Part shown: piece by piece, positions 8,248-16,219 of the stretch
Position numbering within the stretch: the first letter of the stretch is position 1
Layout of the letters: the number at the start of each line of letters is the position of its first letter
NCBI GenBank assembly: GCA_030693235.1
Contig: JAUYBE010000006.1
Span: forward strand, 2,758 to 66,757
Length of the DNA stretch: 64,000 nucleotides
Direction of reading: 5' to 3'
Origin: a bacterium
Lineage (GTDB): Bacteria; Patescibacteriota; Minisyncoccia; UBA6257; UBA9933
Made by a program: the position numbers and the translations under genes
The notes under the pieces: generated by a model
Told to the model about the DNA's origin: nothing
Databases searched by the model: none
What the model saw: the letters and a program-made list of their open reading frames with translations, nothing else

Positions 8248-8814
8248 ATGAAGATGTTTGTTTTTATTGATGCTTCTAATCTTTGGGCGGCGCAGAAAGC
8301 AAAAAGTAGATTTTTTGATTATGAAAAATTAAGAAAGTTTATTAAAGAAAAGTTCAACGGCTCGTCCGTAGAAGTTTTTTATTATAGTGCCTATCCAGCC
8401 GATGGAACACGAAATTATAGTTTAGATGGAAAGCATAAATTTTTTACTTTTCTTAAAAAAAGATTAGGATTTACGGTTAGAAAAAAAGAATTAAAACGCA
8501 TTCCTATAATTATAAATAATGGCCAAATTATTGAGGAAAAAGGAAATATGGACGTTGAAATGACAATTGACGCTGTGCATTATATAAAAGAATATGATAC
8601 CGCCGTTTTATTTACAGGCGATTCTGATTTTTTAGCTTTGGTTACTTATCTTAAAAATCCTAAAAACGGTGGTAAGAAAGTTTATATTTTTTCATCAAGA
8701 AATAATATTTCGGAAGAATTAAGGACTGGTGGTGATGGATATTTTGATGTATTGGATATTAAAGAAGATATTTGGGGTAGAGAATTAAAGTATAGAGCGG
8801 AAAAAGTCAGATAA
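8248..8814 (+). CDS. NYN domain (LabA-like PIN-fold) nuclease
   Basis: 'VFIDASNLW' at the N-terminus and 'MDVEMTIDAV...LFTGDSDFLALV' match the NYN/LabA acidic-residue pattern. Confidence 0.6.
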   Translation: MKMFVFIDASNLWAAQKAKSRFFDYEKLRKFIKEKFNGSSVEVFYYSAYPADGTRNYSLDGKHKFFTFLKKRLGFTVRKKELKRIPIIINNGQIIEEKGNMDVEMTIDAVHYIKEYDTAVLFTGDSDFLALVTYLKNPKNGGKKVYIFSSRNNISEELRTGGDGYFDVLDIKEDIWGRELKYRAEKVR

Positions 8815-8820
8815 AAAAAA

Positions 8821-8846
8821 GCAACCCTCCGTGAGGAAGGTTGCCC
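8821..8846 (-). terminator. Intrinsic terminator hairpin (gcaacc...ggttgc) followed by a T-run on the minus strand
   Basis: The stem 'gcaaccctccgtgaggaaggttgc' is followed on the minus strand by TTTTTTTT. It probably terminated the ancestral minus-strand methyltransferase gene. Confidence 0.4.
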
Positions 8847-8969
8847 TTGGATGTAATACCCTTTCAGTCTATGACTAAACCGAAAGACATCATTAGTATA
8901 GCGGATCAGCGTAACTCGTCAAGTGTGTCAATATGTGGATAACTAAAAGTCGAAGAATGGCGGTTATCG

Positions 8970-9245
8970 TTATATCCTTACCGTAAAAGAGCTTAAAGCG
9001 ACTAAAAACAATCTTGCCTCAACCAAAGTCGTACCACAGCCGCCAAACGGATCGCAAACAACCTGTTTACCACTTGGGGCGTAATCCTCAATCAATTTTC
9101 GGACAATTTGCGGGATGAACTTTGCAGGGTAGCGATGATAATCGTGAGTGAAAGCGGTTGTTTGTGATCGACCGACATCACGAAAAGACCATTCTTCGCG
9201 TGGTTTAAGATTTATAAATGTTTTTTGATGTATTCTGTGGTAGGC
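8970..9245 (-). pseudogene. Internal fragment of a beta-class N4/N6 DNA methyltransferase, with no start codon and a truncated C-terminus
   Basis: The minus-strand frame reads '...KPREEWSFRDVGRSQTTAFTHDYHRYPAKFIPQIVRKLIEDYAPSGKQVVCDPFGGCGTTLVEARLF..*'. 'HxYPAKFP' followed by 'DPFxGxGTT' is the C-terminal half signature of PF01555-type methylases. The open frame is bounded by stops, carries no ATG, and is too short for the domain. Confidence 0.55.
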
Positions 9246-9311
9246 TTAGAATGTCAAATTTATCAACACCCAATGCTTGACTTTTTTTACATACATAAAT
9301 ATACTTCTAGT

Positions 9312-9989
9312 ATGATTAACAAATATGCGCAATTTATAAAAGATCTTCGAACAGAGCGAGGGTTTTCGCAGTCTTTTGTCGCAGACAAATTAAACCTATC
9401 TCGACCATCCTATACATCTATTGAGAATGGAAATAGAGGGCTTACTTTAGAAGAAGCGCAGAAATTAAAAGATCTGTTCGGCATTTCTATTGAAGAATTT
9501 GCAAAAGCCACTTTGCCAAAGTATAAAAAATATAAGCAAATGATTATTGCTTTTCTTAAATCTTCAATTTCTACTGACGGAAAAGTTCCTAAAACTAAAT
9601 TAGCCAAGCTTCTCTATTTGGCTGATTTCGCGTGGTATTACGCGAATCTTGAGAGTATGAGCGGGATGCAATATCTTCGTAGAACATACGGGCCAGTTCC
9701 TGATCCATATTTCAGAGCTTTAGCCGAGCTTGAAGAAGAAGGAAAAATTACTGTTGATTACAAGAGTGACGCTATTCTTATTGGTGCGGGCGCACAACAC
9801 CAAAAACTTGATCTTCTTAAAACTGAAGAGGTTGATTTAATGAAAAAAATATCCACAAAGTGGAAAAATAAAAGAACTCAAGAAATTATTGATTTTACTC
9901 ACGAACAGTTACCCTACAAACTCTGTGCTCCAGATGAAATGATTCCGTATGAATTGATAATTCAACAGGACCCCGACTATGTTTACTAA
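9312..9989 (+). CDS. HTH_XRE + DUF4065/Panacea-domain protein (PanA-like antitoxin); the track ORF starts at 9225 but the plausible start is ATG 9312
   Basis: The N-terminal HTH is 'LRTERGFSQSFVADKLNLSRPSYTSIENGNRGLTLEEAQKL'. The C-terminal 'KTKLAKLLYLADFAWYY...YLRRTYGPVPDPYF' is Panacea-like. The gene overlaps the downstream toxin-like ORF by 11 nt. Confidence 0.55.
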   Translation: MINKYAQFIKDLRTERGFSQSFVADKLNLSRPSYTSIENGNRGLTLEEAQKLKDLFGISIEEFAKATLPKYKKYKQMIIAFLKSSISTDGKVPKTKLAKLLYLADFAWYYANLESMSGMQYLRRTYGPVPDPYFRALAELEEEGKITVDYKSDAILIGAGAQHQKLDLLKTEEVDLMKKISTKWKNKRTQEIIDFTHEQLPYKLCAPDEMIPYELIIQQDPDYVY

Positions 9990-10374
9990 TTATACGGTTA
10001 TTATAGAACGATACGCGGAACGACACTTTATCTCTAAATTCAAAAAGAAGTATAAAAGGGCATGGGATGTAACTTGGACTGCTGTGCACGAGGAGTTTAA
10101 GCGCATTGATACATTGATTGGACAAACAAACATAGCAGAAACCATTACTGAAGTTGGGGATGTAAGAATTTGCAAAACAGAGTTCCGTGTACATGGAACT
10201 CAAGAGTCTAGACACGCTTCCGGCAATAGGTGCATTATCGCTGTTCACAAACACACTTCAACCGTCCGTGTTTTATTGGTATATAGTAAAAATGATTTAG
10301 GGGGTGGAAACGAAACCGCAAGTTGGAAAGCGGTGGTAAGAGAAAATTATCAAGAGTATTCAAAAATCTTATAG
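9979..10374 (+). CDS. Putative toxin partner of the PanA-like antitoxin, RelE/ParE-fold-like
   Basis: It is 131 aa and overlaps the upstream gene. The C-terminal 'RCIIAVHKHTSTVRVLLVYSKND' resembles the RelE/ParE beta-sheet signature. The family assignment is tentative. Confidence 0.4.
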   Translation: MFTNYTVIIERYAERHFISKFKKKYKRAWDVTWTAVHEEFKRIDTLIGQTNIAETITEVGDVRICKTEFRVHGTQESRHASGNRCIIAVHKHTSTVRVLLVYSKNDLGGGNETASWKAVVRENYQEYSKIL

Positions 10375-10507
10375 AGTGGTTTTATTTATGTTAAAATAAA
10401 TCTTATGAAACCCTATCTTCCCAAACTGCTTATATTCATTTCAGGATTCATTGTTTCTATTTTTGATTAAATCGCTATTTAGTTATATTTATGATATGAT
10501 ATAAATA

Positions 10508-10909
10508 ATGAAATTATTAGGAAAAGTAAAAAGCGATTTAGATAAGAAATTCCAAAAGGTTTTAGAAACGCCCGCGGGTTTTGATTTCTTTGCGGCAATT
10601 CACGATTTTATTGAATATATTGAATTGAATTCATCTCTTTCCAGCAAGCTTTCATTTCGTATAAAATCCAATCGAGAACTGAATATTCCCAACAAATACG
10701 GTTATTTAAAACAAATTTATCAAGGACTGGAAGACGCCGATGTTAAAACAAATGTCGATTTAGGGCATACAAGATATATGGTAATTCAAGAATTAAATCG
10801 GATCAGGAATAAAGATGTTTCAGAAAGCAATTCGTTTTGGAAAAAACGGGAATTATTCAGAAAATTAACGGGCGAGATTTATGATGTATTAAGTCCGAAT
10901 CCAGCATAA
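10508..10909 (+). CDS. Hypothetical protein
   Basis: ORF of 133 aa with no recognisable motifs. Confidence 0.3.
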   Translation: MKLLGKVKSDLDKKFQKVLETPAGFDFFAAIHDFIEYIELNSSLSSKLSFRIKSNRELNIPNKYGYLKQIYQGLEDADVKTNVDLGHTRYMVIQELNRIRNKDVSESNSFWKKRELFRKLTGEIYDVLSPNPA

Positions 10910-10955
10910 AAAGAAAACCGGCGCGTGAACAGAGATTAAAATATCCGTTTTAAAA

Positions 10956-12002
10956 ATGTCAAATAAAAAAATAAAAATAGCTCAATTGGCTCCTCTTTGG
11001 ATTCCGGTACCGCCGCGCACTTACGGCGGTATTGAATTAATGCTGTCTTTGCTCACGGAAGAATTGGTGGCGAGAAATTACGATATTACGCTTTTTGCTT
11101 CCGGTGACTCAAAAACTTCGGCAAAATTATTTCCTTTAACAGAAAAAGGGATTTGGTTGCAAAAAGGATTGCGCAGTCCTCACGCCCACATCAGTGTTGC
11201 GATTGAAAAAATCTATAGACATAAAAATTCTTTTGATTTGTTTCATAATCATGCCGATTTTTTTATGTTTCCGCTGAGTCTTCTTTTGGAGGGAGCGCCG
11301 ACTTTGACAACCCTTCATCGTCCGGTAGATCCAGTGACAGTTCAAGCTTATAAGGCTTACGACAAGATAAGTTTTTGCGCTATTTCCGAAGATCAGCGGC
11401 AGAGCGCCGAAGAAAACGGCATTTCAACGGTCGGCGTTGTTTATAATGGCATTGCCACCGAAAAATACTTGTTTAGGGAAACAGCGGGCGATTATTTTAT
11501 ATATCTGGGGCGACTTAATAAGGAGAAAGGAATTGTTGACGCGATTAATATTTCAAGAGAAGCGGGGGTAAAACTTTTGGTTGCGGGGAATGTCGTTGGC
11601 GCCGATGAATGGAATTATTTTTTTCATGAAGTTCAGCCGTTGCTTAACGAGGAAAATGTTAATTTTGTCGGTCATCTGGATTTTAATGAAAAAGTGCGAT
11701 TACTGGGCGGCGCAAAAGCATTACTTTTTCCTGTTGACAGAAGAGAGCCCTTCGGTCTTGTTATGATTGAAGCCATGGCTTGCGGCGCGCCTGTGATTGC
11801 TTATCGTCGCGGTTCGGTGCCGGAAGTGATTAAAGACAAAAAAACCGGTTTTATTGTTGAAACAAAAGAAGAGATGATTGAAGCGATTAAAAAAATCGAT
11901 ATAATTAAGCGCGAAGATTGCCGCGCTCACGTTGAGCAAAATTTTACTTTAAGACAAATGGTTGATAAATACGAGGAAATTTATAAAAAACTATGCGCAT
12001 AG
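10956..12002 (+). CDS. Glycosyltransferase family 4 (GT-B, retaining)
   Basis: The GT4 EX7E region is 'EPFGLVMIEAMACGAPVIAYRRGSVPEVIKDKKTGFIVE', with N-terminal 'YGGIE'. Confidence 0.75.
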   Translation: MSNKKIKIAQLAPLWIPVPPRTYGGIELMLSLLTEELVARNYDITLFASGDSKTSAKLFPLTEKGIWLQKGLRSPHAHISVAIEKIYRHKNSFDLFHNHADFFMFPLSLLLEGAPTLTTLHRPVDPVTVQAYKAYDKISFCAISEDQRQSAEENGISTVGVVYNGIATEKYLFRETAGDYFIYLGRLNKEKGIVDAINISREAGVKLLVAGNVVGADEWNYFFHEVQPLLNEENVNFVGHLDFNEKVRLLGGAKALLFPVDRREPFGLVMIEAMACGAPVIAYRRGSVPEVIKDKKTGFIVETKEEMIEAIKKIDIIKREDCRAHVEQNFTLRQMVDKYEEIYKKLCA

Positions 12003-13060
12003 CTCAAATAGCCCCTCTTTGGATAACAATTCCGCCCTTAAAATACGGTGGAATTGAAAGAATTATTGCTATGCTTTGCGATGGATTGACCGACAAAGGA
12101 CACGAAGTAACGCTTTTCGCTTCGCCTGGTTCAAAAACCAGAGCAAAACTAATTTCGGTTTTTGATAAACCCCTCCTTGATGTTAATATTTCCTGGTCTA
12201 ATCCAGTTTGGAATCTGCGTAATCTTTCTTTGGCTACGGAAATGGCCAATGAGGGCAAGTTTGATATTATCCATTCGCACCTTGATCTTTGGACGCTTTT
12301 TTTTCATAATCTGACAAAAACTCCGGTAATTCACACGATGCACAACCCTCTTTACAGAACAAACGCCGATGCTAATAAAGACGATCGTTTGCGGCTTTTT
12401 ATGGAAGAGGCGAAAAGAACGAATATTGTTTTTATCAGCCAGTCGGCCAAAGACCAAGCGATGTTGGAATTTCCGGAAAAACGGGCAAGAATTATTTATA
12501 ATGGAACAGATTTGTCCCATTTTCAATTTAACGAAAAAGGCGGAGATCATTTTGTTTGGATTGCCAGAATGAACAAACACAAGGGGGTAGAAAATGCCAT
12601 TGCCGCGGCGGAAAAATTAGGAGCAAAATTACTTTTGGCCGGACGGATTGATCCAACCCAAATTGAATATTTTGAAACTTATATCAAGCCGCATCTTAAT
12701 GAAAAAATTCAGTATGTCGGCGAGTTAACGGAAAATCAACTTTCCGATTTTTATGGTCCGGCAAAAGCGCTTCTTTATCCGATTGAATGGGAGGAGCCGT
12801 TTGGCTTAGTGGTAACGGAAGCTATGGCTTGCGGCACGCCGGTGATCGCGTATCGCAGAGGTTCGATGCCAGAGTTGATTGAAGATGGCAAAACCGGATT
12901 TGTCATAGACAGCAATATAGATTTATTGGTTGAAGCGATGGAAAAAGTCGGTCAGATTGACAGGACTTTGGTCCGAAAGCAGGCTGAAGAAAAGTTTAGC
13001 AAAGAGATAATGGTTGAAAATTACGAAAAAGCTTATTACGAAATAATTGCTAAAAAATAA
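11993..13060 (+). CDS. Glycosyltransferase family 4 paralog
   Basis: 'EPFGLVVTEAMACGTPVIAYRRGSMPELIEDGKTGFVID' and N-terminal 'YGGIE'. It overlaps the upstream GT4 gene by 10 nt. Confidence 0.75.
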   Translation: MRIAQIAPLWITIPPLKYGGIERIIAMLCDGLTDKGHEVTLFASPGSKTRAKLISVFDKPLLDVNISWSNPVWNLRNLSLATEMANEGKFDIIHSHLDLWTLFFHNLTKTPVIHTMHNPLYRTNADANKDDRLRLFMEEAKRTNIVFISQSAKDQAMLEFPEKRARIIYNGTDLSHFQFNEKGGDHFVWIARMNKHKGVENAIAAAEKLGAKLLLAGRIDPTQIEYFETYIKPHLNEKIQYVGELTENQLSDFYGPAKALLYPIEWEEPFGLVVTEAMACGTPVIAYRRGSMPELIEDGKTGFVIDSNIDLLVEAMEKVGQIDRTLVRKQAEEKFSKEIMVENYEKAYYEIIAKK

Positions 13061-14177
13061 CATGAAAGAAAAACTTGAAAATGACATTGAGACTCTTCTT
13101 GACAAAGAATATGGCTATTTAAATGCCGGCTTTCCCAGATTTATGCGTCTTTTTGGCCGCGACTCCTTAATTAGTTCTTGGCAGCTGCTTGAAATCAACC
13201 AGGAAATTGCCAAGGCAACTTTAAAAATTTTAGCAAAACTTCAAGGAAAAAAATTTGATAATATCAGCGAAGAGGAGCCAGGTAAAATCATTCACGAAAC
13301 CCATCCCAAACTACTTCATCATCCAAAATATGATTGGATGCCATTTCCTTATTACGGCTCAATTGATTCCACTCCACTTTTTATAATTATTTCTTCTTTT
13401 TATCTTGAGAAAACCAATGACCGTGAATTTTTAAAAGCGTACCGCTTAAACATTGAATCAGCCGTTAAGTGGCTCGTCCAAAAAATTAAAACTGATAAAT
13501 CCGGACTTTTGCGTTACCAGCGGAAGCAAGAAAGGGGACAACTTTTTCATCAAGGATGGAAAGATAGTTTTTTTAATCATTTTAAAATAGAGCCGCCAGT
13601 GGCTATTGTTGAAGCTCAGGGTTATGGCTATCTGGCTTTTAAAAAAGCCGGCCAAGTGCTTGAAAATGAAAAATATAGTCAATTAGCTGAGCAATTAAAA
13701 AAGCGTTTTGAAAAAAAATTCTGGATGAGCGATAAAAATTATTTTGCCTTGGCTCTTGATGGCCAAGATAATCAGCGTCAAGCCATTACTTCTAATCCCG
13801 GACATTTGCTTTTTTGTGAAATTTTGGAAAAAGAAAAACAAGAAGCGGTGGTTAAAAAACTTTTTAGTCCGGAGCTTTGGACAAAATATGGCATCAGAAC
13901 CCATGGTCTTAGCGAGCCTGATTTTGACGCGGAAAGCTATCATTTAGGTTCTGTCTGGCCCCATGATAACTGGATTATTGCCCAAGGATTGAAAAAATGC
14001 GGCTATCTTGACCAATACCAGAAAGTCAAAGAAGCGATTTTAACCACCCATAAAGAATTAGGATATATTCCAGAACTTTATGCTGTCTTCCCCGACGGGG
14101 AATTAAAAGAAATTCCTAAAGCTTGCACCATTCAGGCCTGGGCCTCAGGAGCCGCTTTACAATTTATTACTGAATAA
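13047..14177 (+). CDS. Glycoside hydrolase, six-hairpin (GDE_C / amylo-alpha-1,6-glucosidase-like); alternative start at 13062
   Basis: 'FGRDSLISSWQLL' and 'GSVWPHDNWIIAQGL' are characteristic of GDE_C / GH63-like (alpha/alpha)6 glycosidases. Confidence 0.5.
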   Translation: MLKNNMKEKLENDIETLLDKEYGYLNAGFPRFMRLFGRDSLISSWQLLEINQEIAKATLKILAKLQGKKFDNISEEEPGKIIHETHPKLLHHPKYDWMPFPYYGSIDSTPLFIIISSFYLEKTNDREFLKAYRLNIESAVKWLVQKIKTDKSGLLRYQRKQERGQLFHQGWKDSFFNHFKIEPPVAIVEAQGYGYLAFKKAGQVLENEKYSQLAEQLKKRFEKKFWMSDKNYFALALDGQDNQRQAITSNPGHLLFCEILEKEKQEAVVKKLFSPELWTKYGIRTHGLSEPDFDAESYHLGSVWPHDNWIIAQGLKKCGYLDQYQKVKEAILTTHKELGYIPELYAVFPDGELKEIPKACTIQAWASGAALQFITE

Positions 14178-14187
14178 TCAAATATTT

Positions 14188-15279
14188 ATGAAAAAACTTA
14201 GAATTGCGACAATGGTTACCGGACATTTTACTACTCCTCCACCCGAAGGAATAATTTATGCTCCTATGGACATTGCCGTGGCGGTGAGCGAAGGTTTAGT
14301 TAAAAAGGGCCATCAAGTGGATTTCTATGGTCCTGAAGGAACGAAAGTTAAAGTGACAAATGTTATCACAGCTGGGCTTAAGCCACTTAAACAACCAGAA
14401 GGCGAAGCGATTACCAAAGGCCCCAATGTCGGCAACGCGGAAGTCAATAAGATTTTTAATCTCTGGGACCAATATCTTATTGCGAAGATGTTTACAGAAG
14501 CGGAAAAAGGAAATTATGATTTGCTTCACATTCATCCGCTTGACAGGGCTCTGCCTTTGGCTTTTTCTCATCCGAAAGTTCCAGTTTTTTATACGCTGCA
14601 TGACCCAATTTACCCCTGGCGAGCGGAAATTTTTTCCATGTTTGCCAGCCCAAATCAGCATTATATTTCTATCAGCGATAGCCAGCGCAAACCAGCACCA
14701 AATTTAAATTATGCGGCCACGATTTACAATGGCATAGATTTAAAACTTTTCCCGTTTTCCGAGAGCCATGATGATTACTTGCTTTTCATCGGCCGTCTTC
14801 AGCCGGAAAAAGGTTTGGCCGAGGCAGTTCAAATTGCAAAAATGACCGGTGAAAAACTTTTAATCGTCGGTCCGCCGGTAACCGGCGATTATTGGGATAA
14901 AAAAGTAAAGCCCTATCTTGATGAAAAAATCAAATACGTCGGCTATGTGCCTTATGGCGAACTTTATCGCTATTATCAAAAAGCCAAAGCCACTTTGGTT
15001 CCGATTCAGTGGGAGGAGCCGTTTGGATTGGTGCTGGCTGAATCAATGGCTTGCGGCGCGCCGGTGATTGCTTTTGAAAGAGGAGCGGTTCCTGAAATAG
15101 TTATAGACGGAAAAACCGGCTTCATAATTAAAAACAATAATTTGGAAGCAATGGCTGACGCTGTTAAAAAAATTGATAAAATAAATCGAGTTGATTGCCG
15201 AAGGCATGTCGAGCAAAATTTTAGCATCCAGCGTATGATCGACAGCTACGAAGAAGTTTTTTTAAAAGCAATCAATTGA
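14188..15279 (+). CDS. Glycosyltransferase family 4 paralog
   Basis: 'EPFGLVLAESMACGAPVIAFERGAVPEIVIDGKTGFIIKN'. Confidence 0.75.
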   Translation: MKKLRIATMVTGHFTTPPPEGIIYAPMDIAVAVSEGLVKKGHQVDFYGPEGTKVKVTNVITAGLKPLKQPEGEAITKGPNVGNAEVNKIFNLWDQYLIAKMFTEAEKGNYDLLHIHPLDRALPLAFSHPKVPVFYTLHDPIYPWRAEIFSMFASPNQHYISISDSQRKPAPNLNYAATIYNGIDLKLFPFSESHDDYLLFIGRLQPEKGLAEAVQIAKMTGEKLLIVGPPVTGDYWDKKVKPYLDEKIKYVGYVPYGELYRYYQKAKATLVPIQWEEPFGLVLAESMACGAPVIAFERGAVPEIVIDGKTGFIIKNNNLEAMADAVKKIDKINRVDCRRHVEQNFSIQRMIDSYEEVFLKAIN

Positions 15280-15535
15280 AAAATACAAAAATAAGTAAGG
15301 ATTGTATGACGCGGCAAAAAACTCTGGCAAGTGCTGGAAATAGGAGTGCTTTTGCCCCAAGAGCAAATAAGGCGGCTATGATATCATCAAAAGCCGCCCT
15401 TTTTTTCGGGATTTTTTACAAGGTTTATGATAAAATAAAAATATGGCAAAAAATAATAACAGCTCAACAGTAATTGCGGCTAAGCCGTTGAAGCTCAAGA
15501 AAACAAAAACCCAAAAATCGCGGTAAAATAAAAGA

Positions 15536-16219
15536 ATGGAGAAAGAAAAACATAAGGGAGCAGGACATAGAAAGCGATTGCGGGATAGATTTTTGCAGTC
15601 AGGACTCGGCGGGTTTCTTAACTATGAAATAGTGGAATTGCTTTTGACTTTGGGTGGTTCAATTCAAGATTGCAAACAGCAGGCAAAACAAGCGATTAAA
15701 AAATTTGGCGGATTGCGGAATGCACTTGACGCCCCGCCAGAAGAATTGCAACAAATAAAAGGAATCGGCCCAAGCAGTATTTTTGGCTTAAAACTTTTTC
15801 AGGCGATTTCCGAAAGATACGCGAAAGAAAAAATTTCCAAGAAAATTCCTTTAACATCGCCAAAAGCAGTGGCGGACTATTTGAGACAAAAACTGGGCAG
15901 AGAAAAGAAAGAAAATTTTGTAATTTTATCATTGGATAGCCGCAATAATTTAATAAAAGATGCCATTGTTTCTGTTGGCACGCTTAACGCTAATTTGGTT
16001 CATCCCCGCGAAGTTTTTAAAGAAGCAATTGACGCTCGCGCGGCTTCGGTAATCGTTGCTCACAACCACCCCTCCGGCGACTCGGAGCCGTCAGAAGATG
16101 ATTTGGTGATTACCAAAAGATTAGTAGAAGCTGGCAAAATTATGGGTATTGAAATAAACGACCATATTATTGTCGGTAAAACAACCTATCGCAGTTTAAA
16201 GAAAGATGGAGTTATATGA
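15536..16219 (+). CDS. radC: RadC-like JAB-domain protein (UPF0758)
   Basis: There is an HhH N-terminus. 'VAHNHPSGDSEPSEDD' is the JAMM/RadC motif. Confidence 0.8.
   Translation: MEKEKHKGAGHRKRLRDRFLQSGLGGFLNYEIVELLLTLGGSIQDCKQQAKQAIKKFGGLRNALDAPPEELQQIKGIGPSSIFGLKLFQAISERYAKEKISKKIPLTSPKAVADYLRQKLGREKKENFVILSLDSRNNLIKDAIVSVGTLNANLVHPREVFKEAIDARAASVIVAHNHPSGDSEPSEDDLVITKRLVEAGKIMGIEINDHIIVGKTTYRSLKKDGVI

Noticed and set aside
8027-8251. ORF 8027-8251 as a protein-coding gene
   Set aside because: The Ala/Ser/Arg-rich translation is a by-product of the GC-rich island, with no motifs and no RBS. It is better treated as non-coding.
15276-15473. Small ORF 15276-15473 between the GT4 cluster and radC
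   Set aside because: It is 65 aa with no motifs. It overlaps the stop of the upstream gene and is probably an intergenic chance ORF.
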